In this document: positions 29,436 to 38,931 of the stretch, one piece after another
Position numbering within the stretch: the first letter of the stretch is position 1
Layout: every line of letters begins with the position of its first letter
Assembly: GCA_044361745.1 (NCBI GenBank)
Contig: JBIKIF010000001.1
Span: 90,274 to 154,273 of the forward strand
Direction of reading: 5' to 3'
DNA from: Holosporales bacterium
GTDB lineage: Bacteria; Pseudomonadota; Alphaproteobacteria; Holosporales; CAZGKG01
DNA length: 64,000 nt
Translations under genes and position numbers: made by a program
The notes under the pieces: generated by a model
What the model was told of the DNA's origin: nothing
Database searches by the model: none
The model's input: only the letters and a program-made list of their open reading frames with translations

Positions 29436-29885
29436 TCAGGCGCGGTACACACGCTCATAGCGTTCACGACGTTCTTGGGCTTCGATACTCAGGGTGGCAA
29501 CGGGTCTTGCTTCCAGTCTTCTGAGGTTGATCGGCTCCCCTGTTTCTTCGCAGTATCCATAAGATCCATCATCAATGCGATGGAGAGCCTCTTCAATTTT
29601 GACAATCAGCTTGCGTTCGCGATCTCTGGCTCTGAGCTCTGAAAGAAGCTCCTCCTCAACGGAGGCTTTATCCGCGAAATCCGGCCCAGAGGCGGCGCTT
29701 GTTTCTTGCAGATGGTGAAACGTTTCAAGAGAGTTGTGCATCAACTCTTCCCGCCAACGCAATAATTTGTTACGGAAATATTTTTTCTGATTGGGGTTCA
29801 TAAAAGGTTCGTCTTCTGAGGGGGCATAATCATCTGACAAAACCGATTGAGGGGTTGGGGTCTCTTCAAAAAAACGATTACGCAT
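29436..29885 (-). CDS. dksA: RNA polymerase-binding transcription factor DksA (degenerate zinc finger)
   Basis: Coiled-coil tip DFADKA (DxxDxA). C-terminal YGYCEETGEPINLRRLEARPVATLSIEAQ. Confidence 0.85.
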   Translation of the reverse strand: MRNRFFEETPTPQSVLSDDYAPSEDEPFMNPNQKKYFRNKLLRWREELMHNSLETFHHLQETSAASGPDFADKASVEEELLSELRARDRERKLIVKIEEALHRIDDGSYGYCEETGEPINLRRLEARPVATLSIEAQERRERYERVYRA

Positions 29886-30114
29886 TCAGGATTCTCCTTC
29901 GTAGGTCGAAAAGTCAAATTTTTATTTTTTGTCAATTTCGATTATTTTGAATTAAAAAAATTAAAGAAGCGTTTCCTTGTCTATTGAGCTTTTTTACAAA
30001 GAAAAATTTAATAAATCTTATTTTTCAGATTTTATTGGACATTTTGTTTTTATTCAAAAAAATCTAAAGAAGATGTTGACAATTTCGTAGAAGCGGGGTA
30101 CCGACAGAAAGAGA

Positions 30115-30201
30115 GCCCTGGTGGCGGAATTGGTAGACGCGCTAGCTTCAGGTGCTAGTGGACGTAAGTCCGTGGAAGTTCGAGTCTTCTCCAGGGCACC
30201 A
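30115..30201 (+). tRNA. tRNA-Leu (anticodon CAG)
   Basis: GCCCTGGTGGCGGAATTGGTAGACGCGCTAGCTTCAGGTGCTAGTGGACGTAAGTCCGTGGAAGTTCGAGTCTTCTCCAGGGCACCA. It has a long variable arm, anticodon loop TTCAGGT and an encoded CCA. Confidence 0.9.
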
Positions 30202-30296
30202 TAAGAGTCGGCTCTCTTGTCTCTGTTTTGGAGGCAGTTTGAAAGATTTTTTCAGTCTGGCCTGAACTCCAACTGATATGATTTAAAAAATGGAGG

Positions 30297-30947
30297 TTGG
30301 CGCGCGTGAGTATACACCATTTTTGGGGGGACCTTCCGGAAAACCATCCCCGTTCAGAAGCGGTGGCTATTGATACGGAAACCTTAGGTCTGCGCACATC
30401 GAGGGATCGCTTGTGCCTTGTTCAGCTTTCATGGGGAGATGGTGTCACCTATTTGGTTCAGTTGCCAGCCCCCTCTCAAAATCCCTCAAGCATTCGGGCA
30501 TCCACCCCTGCACCACGGTTGTCTGCCTTACTTACAGACCCCTCCGTCACAAAGATCTTTCATTTCGCTCGTTTTGACGTGGCGGTTTTGTATCAGGCTT
30601 TAGGTGTTCTTTGTGCCCCTATTTATTGTACTAAGATTGCTTCACGGTTTGCTCGGACCTATACAGATCGCCATGGACTCAAAGATGTGTGTCGGGAATT
30701 GCTTGGGATAGAGATCTCCAAATCAGAGCAAAGTTCTGATTGGGGGGCACCTCAATTGTCTGAAGATCAGAAGAAATATGCGGCAAGGGATGTGTTGTAC
30801 CTTCATGCTCTTCGGAAAAAATTGGATGTTATGCTGGCGCGTGAGGGGCGCCTTGACCTGGCAACAGCCTGCTTTGATTTCTTGCCTCACCGAGCCCTCC
30901 TCGACTGCGCCGGTTGGGAGGAAGATATTTTTAGCCATAGCGTCTGA
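30297..30947 (+). CDS. rnd: ribonuclease D-like 3'-5' exonuclease (short alphaproteobacterial form)
   Basis: DEDD motifs AIDTETLGL, LVQLS, KIFHFARFDV and YAARDVLYLH. The start codon (TTG/GTG) is uncertain. Confidence 0.75.
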   Translation: MARVSIHHFWGDLPENHPRSEAVAIDTETLGLRTSRDRLCLVQLSWGDGVTYLVQLPAPSQNPSSIRASTPAPRLSALLTDPSVTKIFHFARFDVAVLYQALGVLCAPIYCTKIASRFARTYTDRHGLKDVCRELLGIEISKSEQSSDWGAPQLSEDQKKYAARDVLYLHALRKKLDVMLAREGRLDLATACFDFLPHRALLDCAGWEEDIFSHSV

Positions 30948-30976
30948 AGTCTTATAAGATGACGAGCTCCAAAGCC

Positions 30977-32959
30977 TCAGTCAAATCCATAAGGATCAAC
31001 GTCTATATGAAGGCGGCCTTGGGGTGGAGGCGAGACGCCTTCTAGCCAAGCTTTGAGAAAGGGTTGGAGAGGGATGTCTCGGGGCCCTTGAATCAAGAAG
31101 CGCCACCGGTACTGCCGCCTCACTTGAAAGAGGGGGGCGGGGATCGGGCCTAACACCCGGATGTCCTGATGGACTGGGGCTTTTCTAGCCAAGGCGAGAG
31201 CATGAGCCTGAACCTTAGAAGCATCAGGGCCGGAGAGAATAAGAGCCGCCAGGCGACCGTAAGGGGGCCAGCCGTGGTGTTCCCGCTCTGCCAGCTCGTC
31301 CCCCACCCAAGCCTCGCGAGACTGCTTGAGAAAAGCCTTCAGAAGAGGACTCTCTGGGGCATGGGTCTGGATGAACACGTCCCCAAGGGCTTGGGCGCGT
31401 CCCGCCCGGCCTGCCACCTGGGTCAGCATTTGGTAGGTCCGCTCAGGGGCCCGGAAATCTAGACTTTGGCTCCCGCCGTCTCCATCGATGACGCCCACAC
31501 AGGTGAGCCCAGGAAAATGGTGCCCTTTCGCAACCATTTGGGTCCCCACCAGGACATCGATGGTCCGCGCTTCGAGATCTCGGATCAAGCCCTCCAATTT
31601 TTTGGGAGAGGTCATGTGGTCGCTGCTCATCACGCCCACCCGGGCGCTGGGGAAGAGAGCGGAAACCTCTTCTGCCAGTTTTTCCACCCCCATGCCTTGA
31701 AAAACAGCCGGTTCACTTTTTCTGCATTTCTGGCACGGGGCAGCAGGCGAACGGCTCTGCCCACAAAAATGGCACAAAAGCCCTCGCATTTTCTGATGAA
31801 AGACCAATCCTTGGTTGCAGTCAGGGCAGGTGGCCACATGAGCACACGCCTGACACAGGATGACGGGGGCGTAGCCGCGCCGGTTGAGAAACAGGAGAGA
31901 TTGCTCTCCCCGCTCAAAGGTGGCTGCAAGGGCTTGGCGGAGCCTGGGAGAGATGGCTTCTCCCGTTCGTTTCAGGGGAATGACTTCCAGTCGGGGGAGG
32001 GCTGCCTGAAACCGTTGGTTGAGGCGAACCCGACGGTAGCGGTTTTGCTCCACATTCCAGAGGGTTTCTAAAGAGGGTGTGGCGGAGGAGAGAATGATGG
32101 GGATCTTCTCAATAGACGCTTTCAAAACCGCCATATCTCGGCCCTGATAGCGGACAGCCCCTTCCTCTTGCTTGTACGCCCCCTCATGCTCCTCATCTAC
32201 AACGATCAGACCCAGGTTGGAGGAGGGAAGAAACAATGCGGATCGCGCGCCGAGGACCACCTTGTTTTCTCCCCTCAAGACAGAGCGCCAGATGGATTTC
32301 CGCCGGGCCTCTGGAACATCGGCATGCCAAACTGCAGGGGCAAAACCAAAGCGTGCCTCAAAGCGTTTGAGCATTTGAGAGGTCAGCGCAATCTCTGGCA
32401 ATAAAACTAACACCTGCTTGCCAGCCTTAAGGGCTCTGTCCACCGCTTCACAATAAACCTCTGTTTTACCGGAGCCTGTGAGGCCTTCTAAAACAAGTGG
32501 GGTGAACGTTCCGTCGTCTACCGCCTCCATCAAAAGAGACGCGGCTTCCTGTTGCTCAGGGGAGAGGGTCGGGGCTTTTCCAGGGATTGGGTGTGCTGCA
32601 AGACTCTTGAGACGGCGTTTCGGGGTCTGGAAAAGGGTCTCCGCCGCCCGGCCCAAAACCATTTTCAGGACACTCCCTAAGGGAGCCAGGGTATAGGCCG
32701 CCATACGCTCAATGAAAATCAGAAGACTGGGAGGTAAACAGTCTGGGGCAATGGCGTTCAGGGTCTTAAGTTCTGGAAGGGGCGTGGACGGTGGCTGCCC
32801 TTCCCAGACGACGCCCACTATGGTGCGATGCCCAAAGGGGACTTGAACAATCTGACCAATAGAAGGGGTCGGGCTGTCTTCCGGAACCCGATAGGTATAA
32901 GGATGAGACAGCGGGACAGGCAGCAAGACTTGTACAGACAGAACAGAATCTCTGGTCAC
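30977..32959 (-). CDS. priA: primosomal replication restart helicase PriA
   Basis: Walker A LEGLTGSGKTEVY, DEEHE and the Cys-rich zinc region CQACAHVATCPDCNQGLVFH...CHFCG. Confidence 0.92.
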   Translation of the reverse strand: MTRDSVLSVQVLLPVPLSHPYTYRVPEDSPTPSIGQIVQVPFGHRTIVGVVWEGQPPSTPLPELKTLNAIAPDCLPPSLLIFIERMAAYTLAPLGSVLKMVLGRAAETLFQTPKRRLKSLAAHPIPGKAPTLSPEQQEAASLLMEAVDDGTFTPLVLEGLTGSGKTEVYCEAVDRALKAGKQVLVLLPEIALTSQMLKRFEARFGFAPAVWHADVPEARRKSIWRSVLRGENKVVLGARSALFLPSSNLGLIVVDEEHEGAYKQEEGAVRYQGRDMAVLKASIEKIPIILSSATPSLETLWNVEQNRYRRVRLNQRFQAALPRLEVIPLKRTGEAISPRLRQALAATFERGEQSLLFLNRRGYAPVILCQACAHVATCPDCNQGLVFHQKMRGLLCHFCGQSRSPAAPCQKCRKSEPAVFQGMGVEKLAEEVSALFPSARVGVMSSDHMTSPKKLEGLIRDLEARTIDVLVGTQMVAKGHHFPGLTCVGVIDGDGGSQSLDFRAPERTYQMLTQVAGRAGRAQALGDVFIQTHAPESPLLKAFLKQSREAWVGDELAEREHHGWPPYGRLAALILSGPDASKVQAHALALARKAPVHQDIRVLGPIPAPLFQVRRQYRWRFLIQGPRDIPLQPFLKAWLEGVSPPPQGRLHIDVDPYGFD

Positions 32960-33199
32960 AGTGGAATCATCTCCTCAAGTCAAGCGCCGCCCGTCTCAGA
33001 GAGTCAAGGCTTTCTCAAGAGCAGTCTTTCAAGCTATCTGGAAAAGGGCCTCTGATCAATGGCGGCGGGGAGAGGGGTTGGTTTAAGGCTTTTTGGCCTC
33101 TTTTTTTTTACGTTATTTCTCAGCAATTTAGGAGACAGTTGGGGGAGATCCTGCATGAATTTCCTTCCATTCCTTTGGTTGTATGATGCTAAGGGAGAT

Positions 33200-36100
33200 C
33201 TAGGCATCTTTTCGGGAGTCTTTCTCTAGACTTCTAAATATTTGTTTAAATGGTCCAGGGGTCAGCATTTGAAAAGGATTCACGCTGAGAGAGGGGGCGT
33301 CAAGCGGACCAGTGACATAGAAGCGACTTGCTGCAAATCCGTCGTCCTCTCCCCCTGTCAGCAAATTGCCGATGAAGGGAATCATACTGAGGGGCTTATT
33401 GAGCCAGTATAGAGGGATGAGATTCCCCTTGAGGGACAGGGTTTTTTCTTTTCGGTTAATGCGTCCATAGAACGTGACCCCTGTGCTCATATTCTGCATC
33501 CGACATTTGCGCAGTCGCAAGAGGTCTGGAGACAAAATAAAACGACCCTCAAAGGAGGAGAACTGACTTTTCCCTCCTGAGAACAAGGAAAGAAAGCTGG
33601 TGGGCGAGGTGAGGGTCATAAAGAGCTGGCTCAGAAACGGGGTTTCGACAATGGTAAAAGACCCCATGTGGATCTCCCCTTCAAAGAGGTCTGTGGAGGT
33701 TTTTTCTGTGGCTGTGATGCTGAGCTGACCTCCCCGAAGGTTGGACATGAGGCCAAGGCTGCGCATGAGCCTGCCCGCGTTATCTGTTTCCAGGGCAAAA
33801 TGTCTCTCAGGAGATTTTGAGCTGAGTTGGAGAAAGAAAGTCCCTTCTGAAGCTCTGCCTTTTGTCTCTTGGGCTGGTGTTTTTTGTGTCGCCTTTGGCC
33901 TGTTTTGAAAGAGTTTTCCCCCCAAAAGAATGGTTTCGATGCGAAGGCCATCTGGGTTTTGGACGGCCGTCAGAGACCCTTGGGCGTTGTGCAGGGGGGC
34001 TTTCCCCCCGAGGAAAACGTCGTCAAGGCTGAGGGAAATTTTCAGCCTGTCCCCTGGGGATAGAAGAGACTCAGAGGGGGTGCTCTCTGGCTTGAGGAGC
34101 CAAGAGAGTGTAGCTTTTCTTCCCGATAGGGCAAGAGAGAGCTCCTGAGGCTTCCGTATCATCACCAGGGCGCAATCGTTTGCGGCATTTTGGATGCGGG
34201 GCAACTCAAGGCGTTCAATCTGCCATTTTGAGGAGAGGGCGAGGAGGCCCTGAATGTTCAGAGACTCAGACTTGAAATTCATATGAGGTAAAGTGATCCC
34301 TTGACGAAAACTTTTGGGCAGGGCAAAACCCTGATCCGTCTCTCCGATGGAAAGAGTCGCTTTCACCCCTGCTTTTTTGGACCAGCTCAGGGCCGGGATA
34401 TCTAAAGATGCTTGGGTGAAATCCGCTTCTGCTTTGAGGGGGTTTTTCTGTTGCGGGCTATAGGTGACACGCAGAGGGAACGTCCCGATCAGGGATGGCG
34501 CCAAGTCAATGTTCCAGCTTTTCAGAAGATCCCGTGTGACCTGTATTTCAAGAGAGAGCTCCCGGGATTTTTTATGGGCAAACACTTCTGACCATCCAAA
34601 AGTCACGGGCTTATCAAAAAGCTTTGCCTCCCCTATGAGGTTAAGTTTCTTAGTAGTCGTTTCTAAGGTCAGAGATCCTTTTTTGAACGGGAGAACGCTA
34701 TCCCCCAGGGGGAAAGCGCATGCAACATCTGTGAGCTTTGATGTGGCCTTCAAATCAACTTGGGTGAGTGTGAGGTCTTTGGTCAAAGGAAACTGAAGTT
34801 CCAGGGTGTTGGCGGTGGTCCCTGTGAACAATTCTGCTGGCAGGCCAATTTCTTGGGTGTACTCTAGGGGCTTGTGGGACAAAGTCTTCAGCAAATGGGG
34901 CAGGGAGCCATGGAAAGACAGAGTGGTTTTCAGGTCTTGGTCTATTTGGTCGAGACCTGTGATCTCAACGCGGCCTTTCTGAATGATCAGATCCTCAAGG
35001 ACGCCACTCAAGACAGTAATATCAAAATGCTTGTGGGTAAAATCTGCCTTAGCATTCATTTTGGTGATAGGAGGCATACCCTCAAGAAAGGAGAGCTGGA
35101 GATCAGAAAGATGAAGAACGCCCCGACAGGCGGGGCTGCTCCAACCGTCTGGGCCCTGATGCCCACTTAAATGAATCTTTGCCTTGTGGATCAGACCTTT
35201 CGGAATATTGCGAACAATCCAAGAGCGGGCCTCCACAGCAAGATGAGACGGCCAAAGGCTGGGAAGGGTTTCCACGGGGACGTTCTGGGTGGAAGCGGTG
35301 AACATGTAACTTGGGTGATCGGACAGGGTATAGACCCCTTGGAGACGGACGGGGACTTCTCGGATGGAGAGTGTTCCTTTCGCCAGAGAAATCACCTTCT
35401 GGTCAAAGGTTCCTTTCAGAGAAAGCGTGTCCATGAAAGCGGACTGGGTAGTGCCAGTCGCTTCAAAGTGGCCTTGAAATGTTTGGGCTGTTTGAAAATC
35501 GGCCTTGATCTGGCCGCTGGTGATCGGTAAAAGGCTTTTGAGAAAATCGTCCATCCCTTCCTGCGGGATGAGGGTCTGAAGATCAAGATGAGCCCAAGAC
35601 ATATCTGCGTGAACCGGATTCTGCGCATCCTGATAACGCAGGGTGATCTGGCACTCAAATCCTTTGGAATCTCTGGACTCTAAGAAAAGATTCCCTGGGT
35701 TATGGGTCATCTCCATCGTGAGCTTGGGCCAGACATGAGGCAACGGATCCACTAAGGTGATTTTTTTAAAAGGAATTTGGGGCAGAGCCGCCAAGATCAT
35801 CGGCTTCAAATTGTTGAGCCGCTCTGAAAGATGGGTGGTGGATGGGCCTGCGTTCGGGAGAGTCCATTGCGGACGAATGAGTGTCAGTGCTTTGGGGCGA
35901 ATGTGTCCCCACATCAGATCCGTTGTATGAATGGAAAGATAGGCTTGAGCCACTTTGAAGGTCAGGGGGCCAGAAGGGGTTTGGATCACCGTTTCCAGGG
36001 CTTCCATCTGAAGTTCGGGAGGCGTGTTAAATGCCCGCCAAGTGAGATGGAGATTTTTGATCTCAAGAGGATAAGGGATGGATTGGCGAATGAGGGGAAG

Positions 36101-36262
36101 AAAACCGTTCAGAGGCAGGGGGAACTGGGAGAGATAGAGGAAAAAACCCAAAATGAAAAATGCAAGAATGCAAATAATTTGTAAGGGAATCCGCACCCAA
36201 ACAGCGCTCATAAACTTTCGGAAACGCATAAGCCTACTTTCTGGAGGGTAGGGAATAGACAA
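33200..36262 (-). CDS. AsmA/YhdP-like large envelope protein (DUF3971-type)
   Basis: 1020 aa, single N-terminal TM, long beta-rich body. The C-terminal pattern SRFYVTGPLDAPSLSVNPFQMLTPGPFKQIF is as in YhdP/AsmA-like proteins. Confidence 0.6.
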   Translation of the reverse strand: MSIPYPPESRLMRFRKFMSAVWVRIPLQIICILAFFILGFFLYLSQFPLPLNGFLPLIRQSIPYPLEIKNLHLTWRAFNTPPELQMEALETVIQTPSGPLTFKVAQAYLSIHTTDLMWGHIRPKALTLIRPQWTLPNAGPSTTHLSERLNNLKPMILAALPQIPFKKITLVDPLPHVWPKLTMEMTHNPGNLFLESRDSKGFECQITLRYQDAQNPVHADMSWAHLDLQTLIPQEGMDDFLKSLLPITSGQIKADFQTAQTFQGHFEATGTTQSAFMDTLSLKGTFDQKVISLAKGTLSIREVPVRLQGVYTLSDHPSYMFTASTQNVPVETLPSLWPSHLAVEARSWIVRNIPKGLIHKAKIHLSGHQGPDGWSSPACRGVLHLSDLQLSFLEGMPPITKMNAKADFTHKHFDITVLSGVLEDLIIQKGRVEITGLDQIDQDLKTTLSFHGSLPHLLKTLSHKPLEYTQEIGLPAELFTGTTANTLELQFPLTKDLTLTQVDLKATSKLTDVACAFPLGDSVLPFKKGSLTLETTTKKLNLIGEAKLFDKPVTFGWSEVFAHKKSRELSLEIQVTRDLLKSWNIDLAPSLIGTFPLRVTYSPQQKNPLKAEADFTQASLDIPALSWSKKAGVKATLSIGETDQGFALPKSFRQGITLPHMNFKSESLNIQGLLALSSKWQIERLELPRIQNAANDCALVMIRKPQELSLALSGRKATLSWLLKPESTPSESLLSPGDRLKISLSLDDVFLGGKAPLHNAQGSLTAVQNPDGLRIETILLGGKLFQNRPKATQKTPAQETKGRASEGTFFLQLSSKSPERHFALETDNAGRLMRSLGLMSNLRGGQLSITATEKTSTDLFEGEIHMGSFTIVETPFLSQLFMTLTSPTSFLSLFSGGKSQFSSFEGRFILSPDLLRLRKCRMQNMSTGVTFYGRINRKEKTLSLKGNLIPLYWLNKPLSMIPFIGNLLTGGEDDGFAASRFYVTGPLDAPSLSVNPFQMLTPGPFKQIFRSLEKDSRKDA

Positions 36263-36376
36263 AACCCAATGAAAATAAGGCTAGGGAAGGATGGCTGCTG
36301 CGTCAAGGCAAATCATACAAAAACGATTTCAGAGAGCCTGTTGTTCAGGCCCTCTTTTGATTGTACATTTTATGGT

Positions 36377-37363
36377 TTATTCTTTTTCAAAAGTAAAAAA
36401 GGATTTTTCTTGCAATAGTACGGTAAAAATTAAATCGAGTTGTTTGTCAGATTTTTTGATTGTTTTGTATTCTGTTGCTATGCGCCGCTTTTCCGTTTTA
36501 ACATATTTGAAGCCGTCAATTGTGAATACATTAGATATGCCTGAAACCTTTTCGTCGCAAGGCGCAAGTATGAGTTTGCCCCCTGGTTTGATGAGCTTAT
36601 TCGCCTCTCGAATGAGCTTCGCCCAATTTGTATCTTGCCCTGCGTTACATGCCTAATTCCCTGGGAGCATCATACACATATTAATCAAATAAACCGAATT
36701 GACTGTTGGCGGGTTCCCAAGTTTGTTTTTGATGAACTCTGTTGTTGTTTCGTCTCCGAACCAAAGTTTGTTTTGAGAACGTTCTCCCTGCAGATCTATA
36801 TACAGAGCTTGGGATGGTGGGAAGAAAAATAAATCTAATGGAGCTTTTGAAAATTCACCTTCTACACGAAACCTGAAGACGCATTCTTCTTGTCCATTTT
36901 TTTGAGCTAGAGAATTTTCTCCAAAAAGCAAATATTCTTTTTCTTGTAATTCTTTAAATGAAAGAGTCTCTTTTCCAGTCCATCCTCGGCGCATCAGCGG
37001 ATTATTGTTGACACCTTCATCGTTAAACGAGGGCGTTTGAAGAATTATTTTCTCTAAAAAGTCTTGAGCGCCTTGAGTTAAGGGGCTAGAGACGCCCACA
37101 ATGATCTCCTTAAATTCAGAAGGTTTGCGTTTTATTTCCTCCTCTATCGCAGTTTTTATGCTATTTTGGATTGCTTTGTCTAAATCTTTGTCGAATTTTG
37201 CTTTATCTCCAGCAAATTGATCGCTTCTCGCTGGGAGCTTTGCTCCTCTTCTGTTGTACTCTTGTGCTCTGCGCGGGTCAGGTCCCTGAGCATGAGCGTT
37301 GGAGAGCAGAGTCAAAAAGATTATTACGCAATTTAAAATATAAAACATTTTCTCTAATACCAA
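36377..37363 (-). pseudogene. secreted methyltransferase-like gene interrupted by an in-frame TAG
   Basis: A 236-codon ORF with signal peptide (FYILNCVIIFLTLLSNAHA) ends at TAG 36653-36655. The same frame stays open for 91 more codons to TAA 36377-36379. That tail contains NWAKLIREANKLIKPGGKLILAPCDE, a SAM-methyltransferase-like segment. Local sequence is AT-rich. Confidence 0.5.
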
Positions 37364-37395
37364 AAATTATAAAAAAATAATAATTCAATAAAACT

Positions 37396-38145
37396 TTAAA
37401 ATGGCATGATTTGATTGATAAATTTTTGTCCATAGGGGGTGTCTTTGAGGTCTGAGAGTTGACCTCGGCCTCCATAAGAGATTCGGGCTTCCGCAATTTT
37501 CTTGAGATCAACCGTGTTTTGAGAGCTAATATCTTCAGGGCGAACGACTCCTGTAATAGCCAAGTCTCGAACTTCGAAATCAACGCGCATTTCTTGGCGT
37601 CCAGAAATCACAAGATTTCCGTTGGGAAGGATCTGGATCACGGTGACAGCGACAGAAAATTTAACCGTCTCCCCACGCTTCATTTCTCCGTTAGACTCTG
37701 TTTTAGGTTGATTGCTAAAGCCTAATACATTGTTTGGGTTCAATGTTTTGGGCAAAATATCTCTGAGTTTGTTTTCGTATCCAAAGAGACCGGTGATGGA
37801 GGCAGCGTTTGTGCTTGTACGATCTGTGCTGACCCCCGTCTTCATTTCGGCGTTGTCTTTAACATCCACCAGGACGGTCAGAATGTCTCCAATGCGATTA
37901 GCCCGTTGATCTTTAAAGAACGTTCGGGAGCCGGCGCGCCAAAGAGCGTTAGGCTTATAGAGTATATTTGAGGGCTCTGGCATGGGCATATGGACAGGTT
38001 GATAGTCTGGGTAAGCGGTTGGGTCTTGCGTCCGTGTCAAGGGAGGGGCATCGCTTCCGTCATAAAGACGCACTCCTTTCTGGGCGCATCCGCAGAGAAA
38101 ACAACAGAGGAGGAGGGAGAAAGAGCGATTCATGACAGAGTCCAT
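37396..38145 (-). CDS. flgH: flagellar L-ring lipoprotein FlgH
   Basis: Lipobox FLCGC. FFKDQRANRIGDILTVLV and ISYGGRGQLSD motifs. Confidence 0.9.
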   Translation of the reverse strand: MDSVMNRSFSLLLCCFLCGCAQKGVRLYDGSDAPPLTRTQDPTAYPDYQPVHMPMPEPSNILYKPNALWRAGSRTFFKDQRANRIGDILTVLVDVKDNAEMKTGVSTDRTSTNAASITGLFGYENKLRDILPKTLNPNNVLGFSNQPKTESNGEMKRGETVKFSVAVTVIQILPNGNLVISGRQEMRVDFEVRDLAITGVVRPEDISSQNTVDLKKIAEARISYGGRGQLSDLKDTPYGQKFINQIMPF

Positions 38146-38153
38146 TCGATCAC

Positions 38154-38924
38154 CTAAGAAGCTTGAATTGAGACGTGACCGCGCGCTTCAACAACACCCC
38201 ACAAAGGGGGAAGTCGATCTTTAGAGCGTGTGGGGTTCGTCACGGGGATCAGGTCTCCCTTTTTGCCGCTGGCAAGGGCTCGGGCCCCTGTGTTTCGAAT
38301 CGAGAGATTCTTGATCTGATAGGTGACTTCCACAGGGTCACCGCGATCAATCCGTGTGGCCGTTTTTAAATAACGGCTTTGGGGCATGTCACCGACATGA
38401 AGAGACCTCTTCAGAATGGCTCCAGTCAGTTCCTGAGGGTCTAAAATCACGTCATTGACACGATAATCATCCTCAAGGACAACCCAATCGAGATGATGGG
38501 GGAGAAGAGTTTCTCCGGCGTTCAAGCTTTGCTTTAAAACAGGGACGCGTTTGAGAAATCGCACGTTCCCCTCCACGGGAATGGTTCTGCCCCCATTTGT
38601 CAGAGTGAGCAAGGAAGAAAACCTCTTTGTTCTGGGGTCAAAATAAACAGAGGAGACCGTAAAAGGGGTCTCTGCTGGAATGGGGCTTCGGGCGACGGAA
38701 AACTGGAGTTGAATGTCTTGAGAAAACTTCTTCTGCAGCTCACCAGAAATTTTTTCTGTGGCTTGAAGCCAGAAATCTTTGGGGGCTTGTGGGGGCTCAT
38801 CTGTCGGAGAGACGGACGCAAGAACCTGATCAATGTCGGAGATTGCCCAAGAGGGAGATGCCTCTAGGAGCAGAAGCCCAAAGAAAGCAACAGTGACTCT
38901 GGACGCGAGAGTGTCTGATTTCAT
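38154..38924 (-). CDS. flgA: flagellar basal-body P-ring formation chaperone FlgA
   Basis: Signal peptide MKSDTLASRVTVAFFGLLLLEASPSWA and C-terminal GKKGDLIPVTNPTRSK...GHVSI. I chose the start at 38924 to avoid overlapping flgG; the track gives 39005. Confidence 0.75.
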   Translation of the reverse strand: MKSDTLASRVTVAFFGLLLLEASPSWAISDIDQVLASVSPTDEPPQAPKDFWLQATEKISGELQKKFSQDIQLQFSVARSPIPAETPFTVSSVYFDPRTKRFSSLLTLTNGGRTIPVEGNVRFLKRVPVLKQSLNAGETLLPHHLDWVVLEDDYRVNDVILDPQELTGAILKRSLHVGDMPQSRYLKTATRIDRGDPVEVTYQIKNLSIRNTGARALASGKKGDLIPVTNPTRSKDRLPPLWGVVEARGHVSIQAS

Positions 38925-38931
38925 GGTGAGA

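Noticed and set aside
30076-30104. TTGACA at 30076-30081 as the tRNA-Leu promoter
   Set aside because: The best -10 candidate at appropriate spacing is TACCGA, which is too poor to support a call.
33086-33112. Short hairpin plus T8 run on the plus strand between priA and the yhdP-like gene
   Set aside because: The stem is only 4-5 bp, both flanking genes are on the minus strand, and no plus-strand transcript is evident.
36653-36655. Possibility that TAG is reassigned or read through genome-wide, since two genes (the methyltransferase-like gene and the IS5 remnant at 56019-56021) carry in-frame TAGs
   Set aside because: TAG terminates well-conserved genes at their expected ends in this same window (pdhB at 27536-27538, nrdR at 62887-62889, the first motE copy). 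Ordinary pseudogenisation is the simpler explanation.
36291-36656. 121-aa plus-strand ORF in the AT-rich islet
   Set aside because: It is antisense to the still-open continuation of the methyltransferase-like frame and has no motif of its own.
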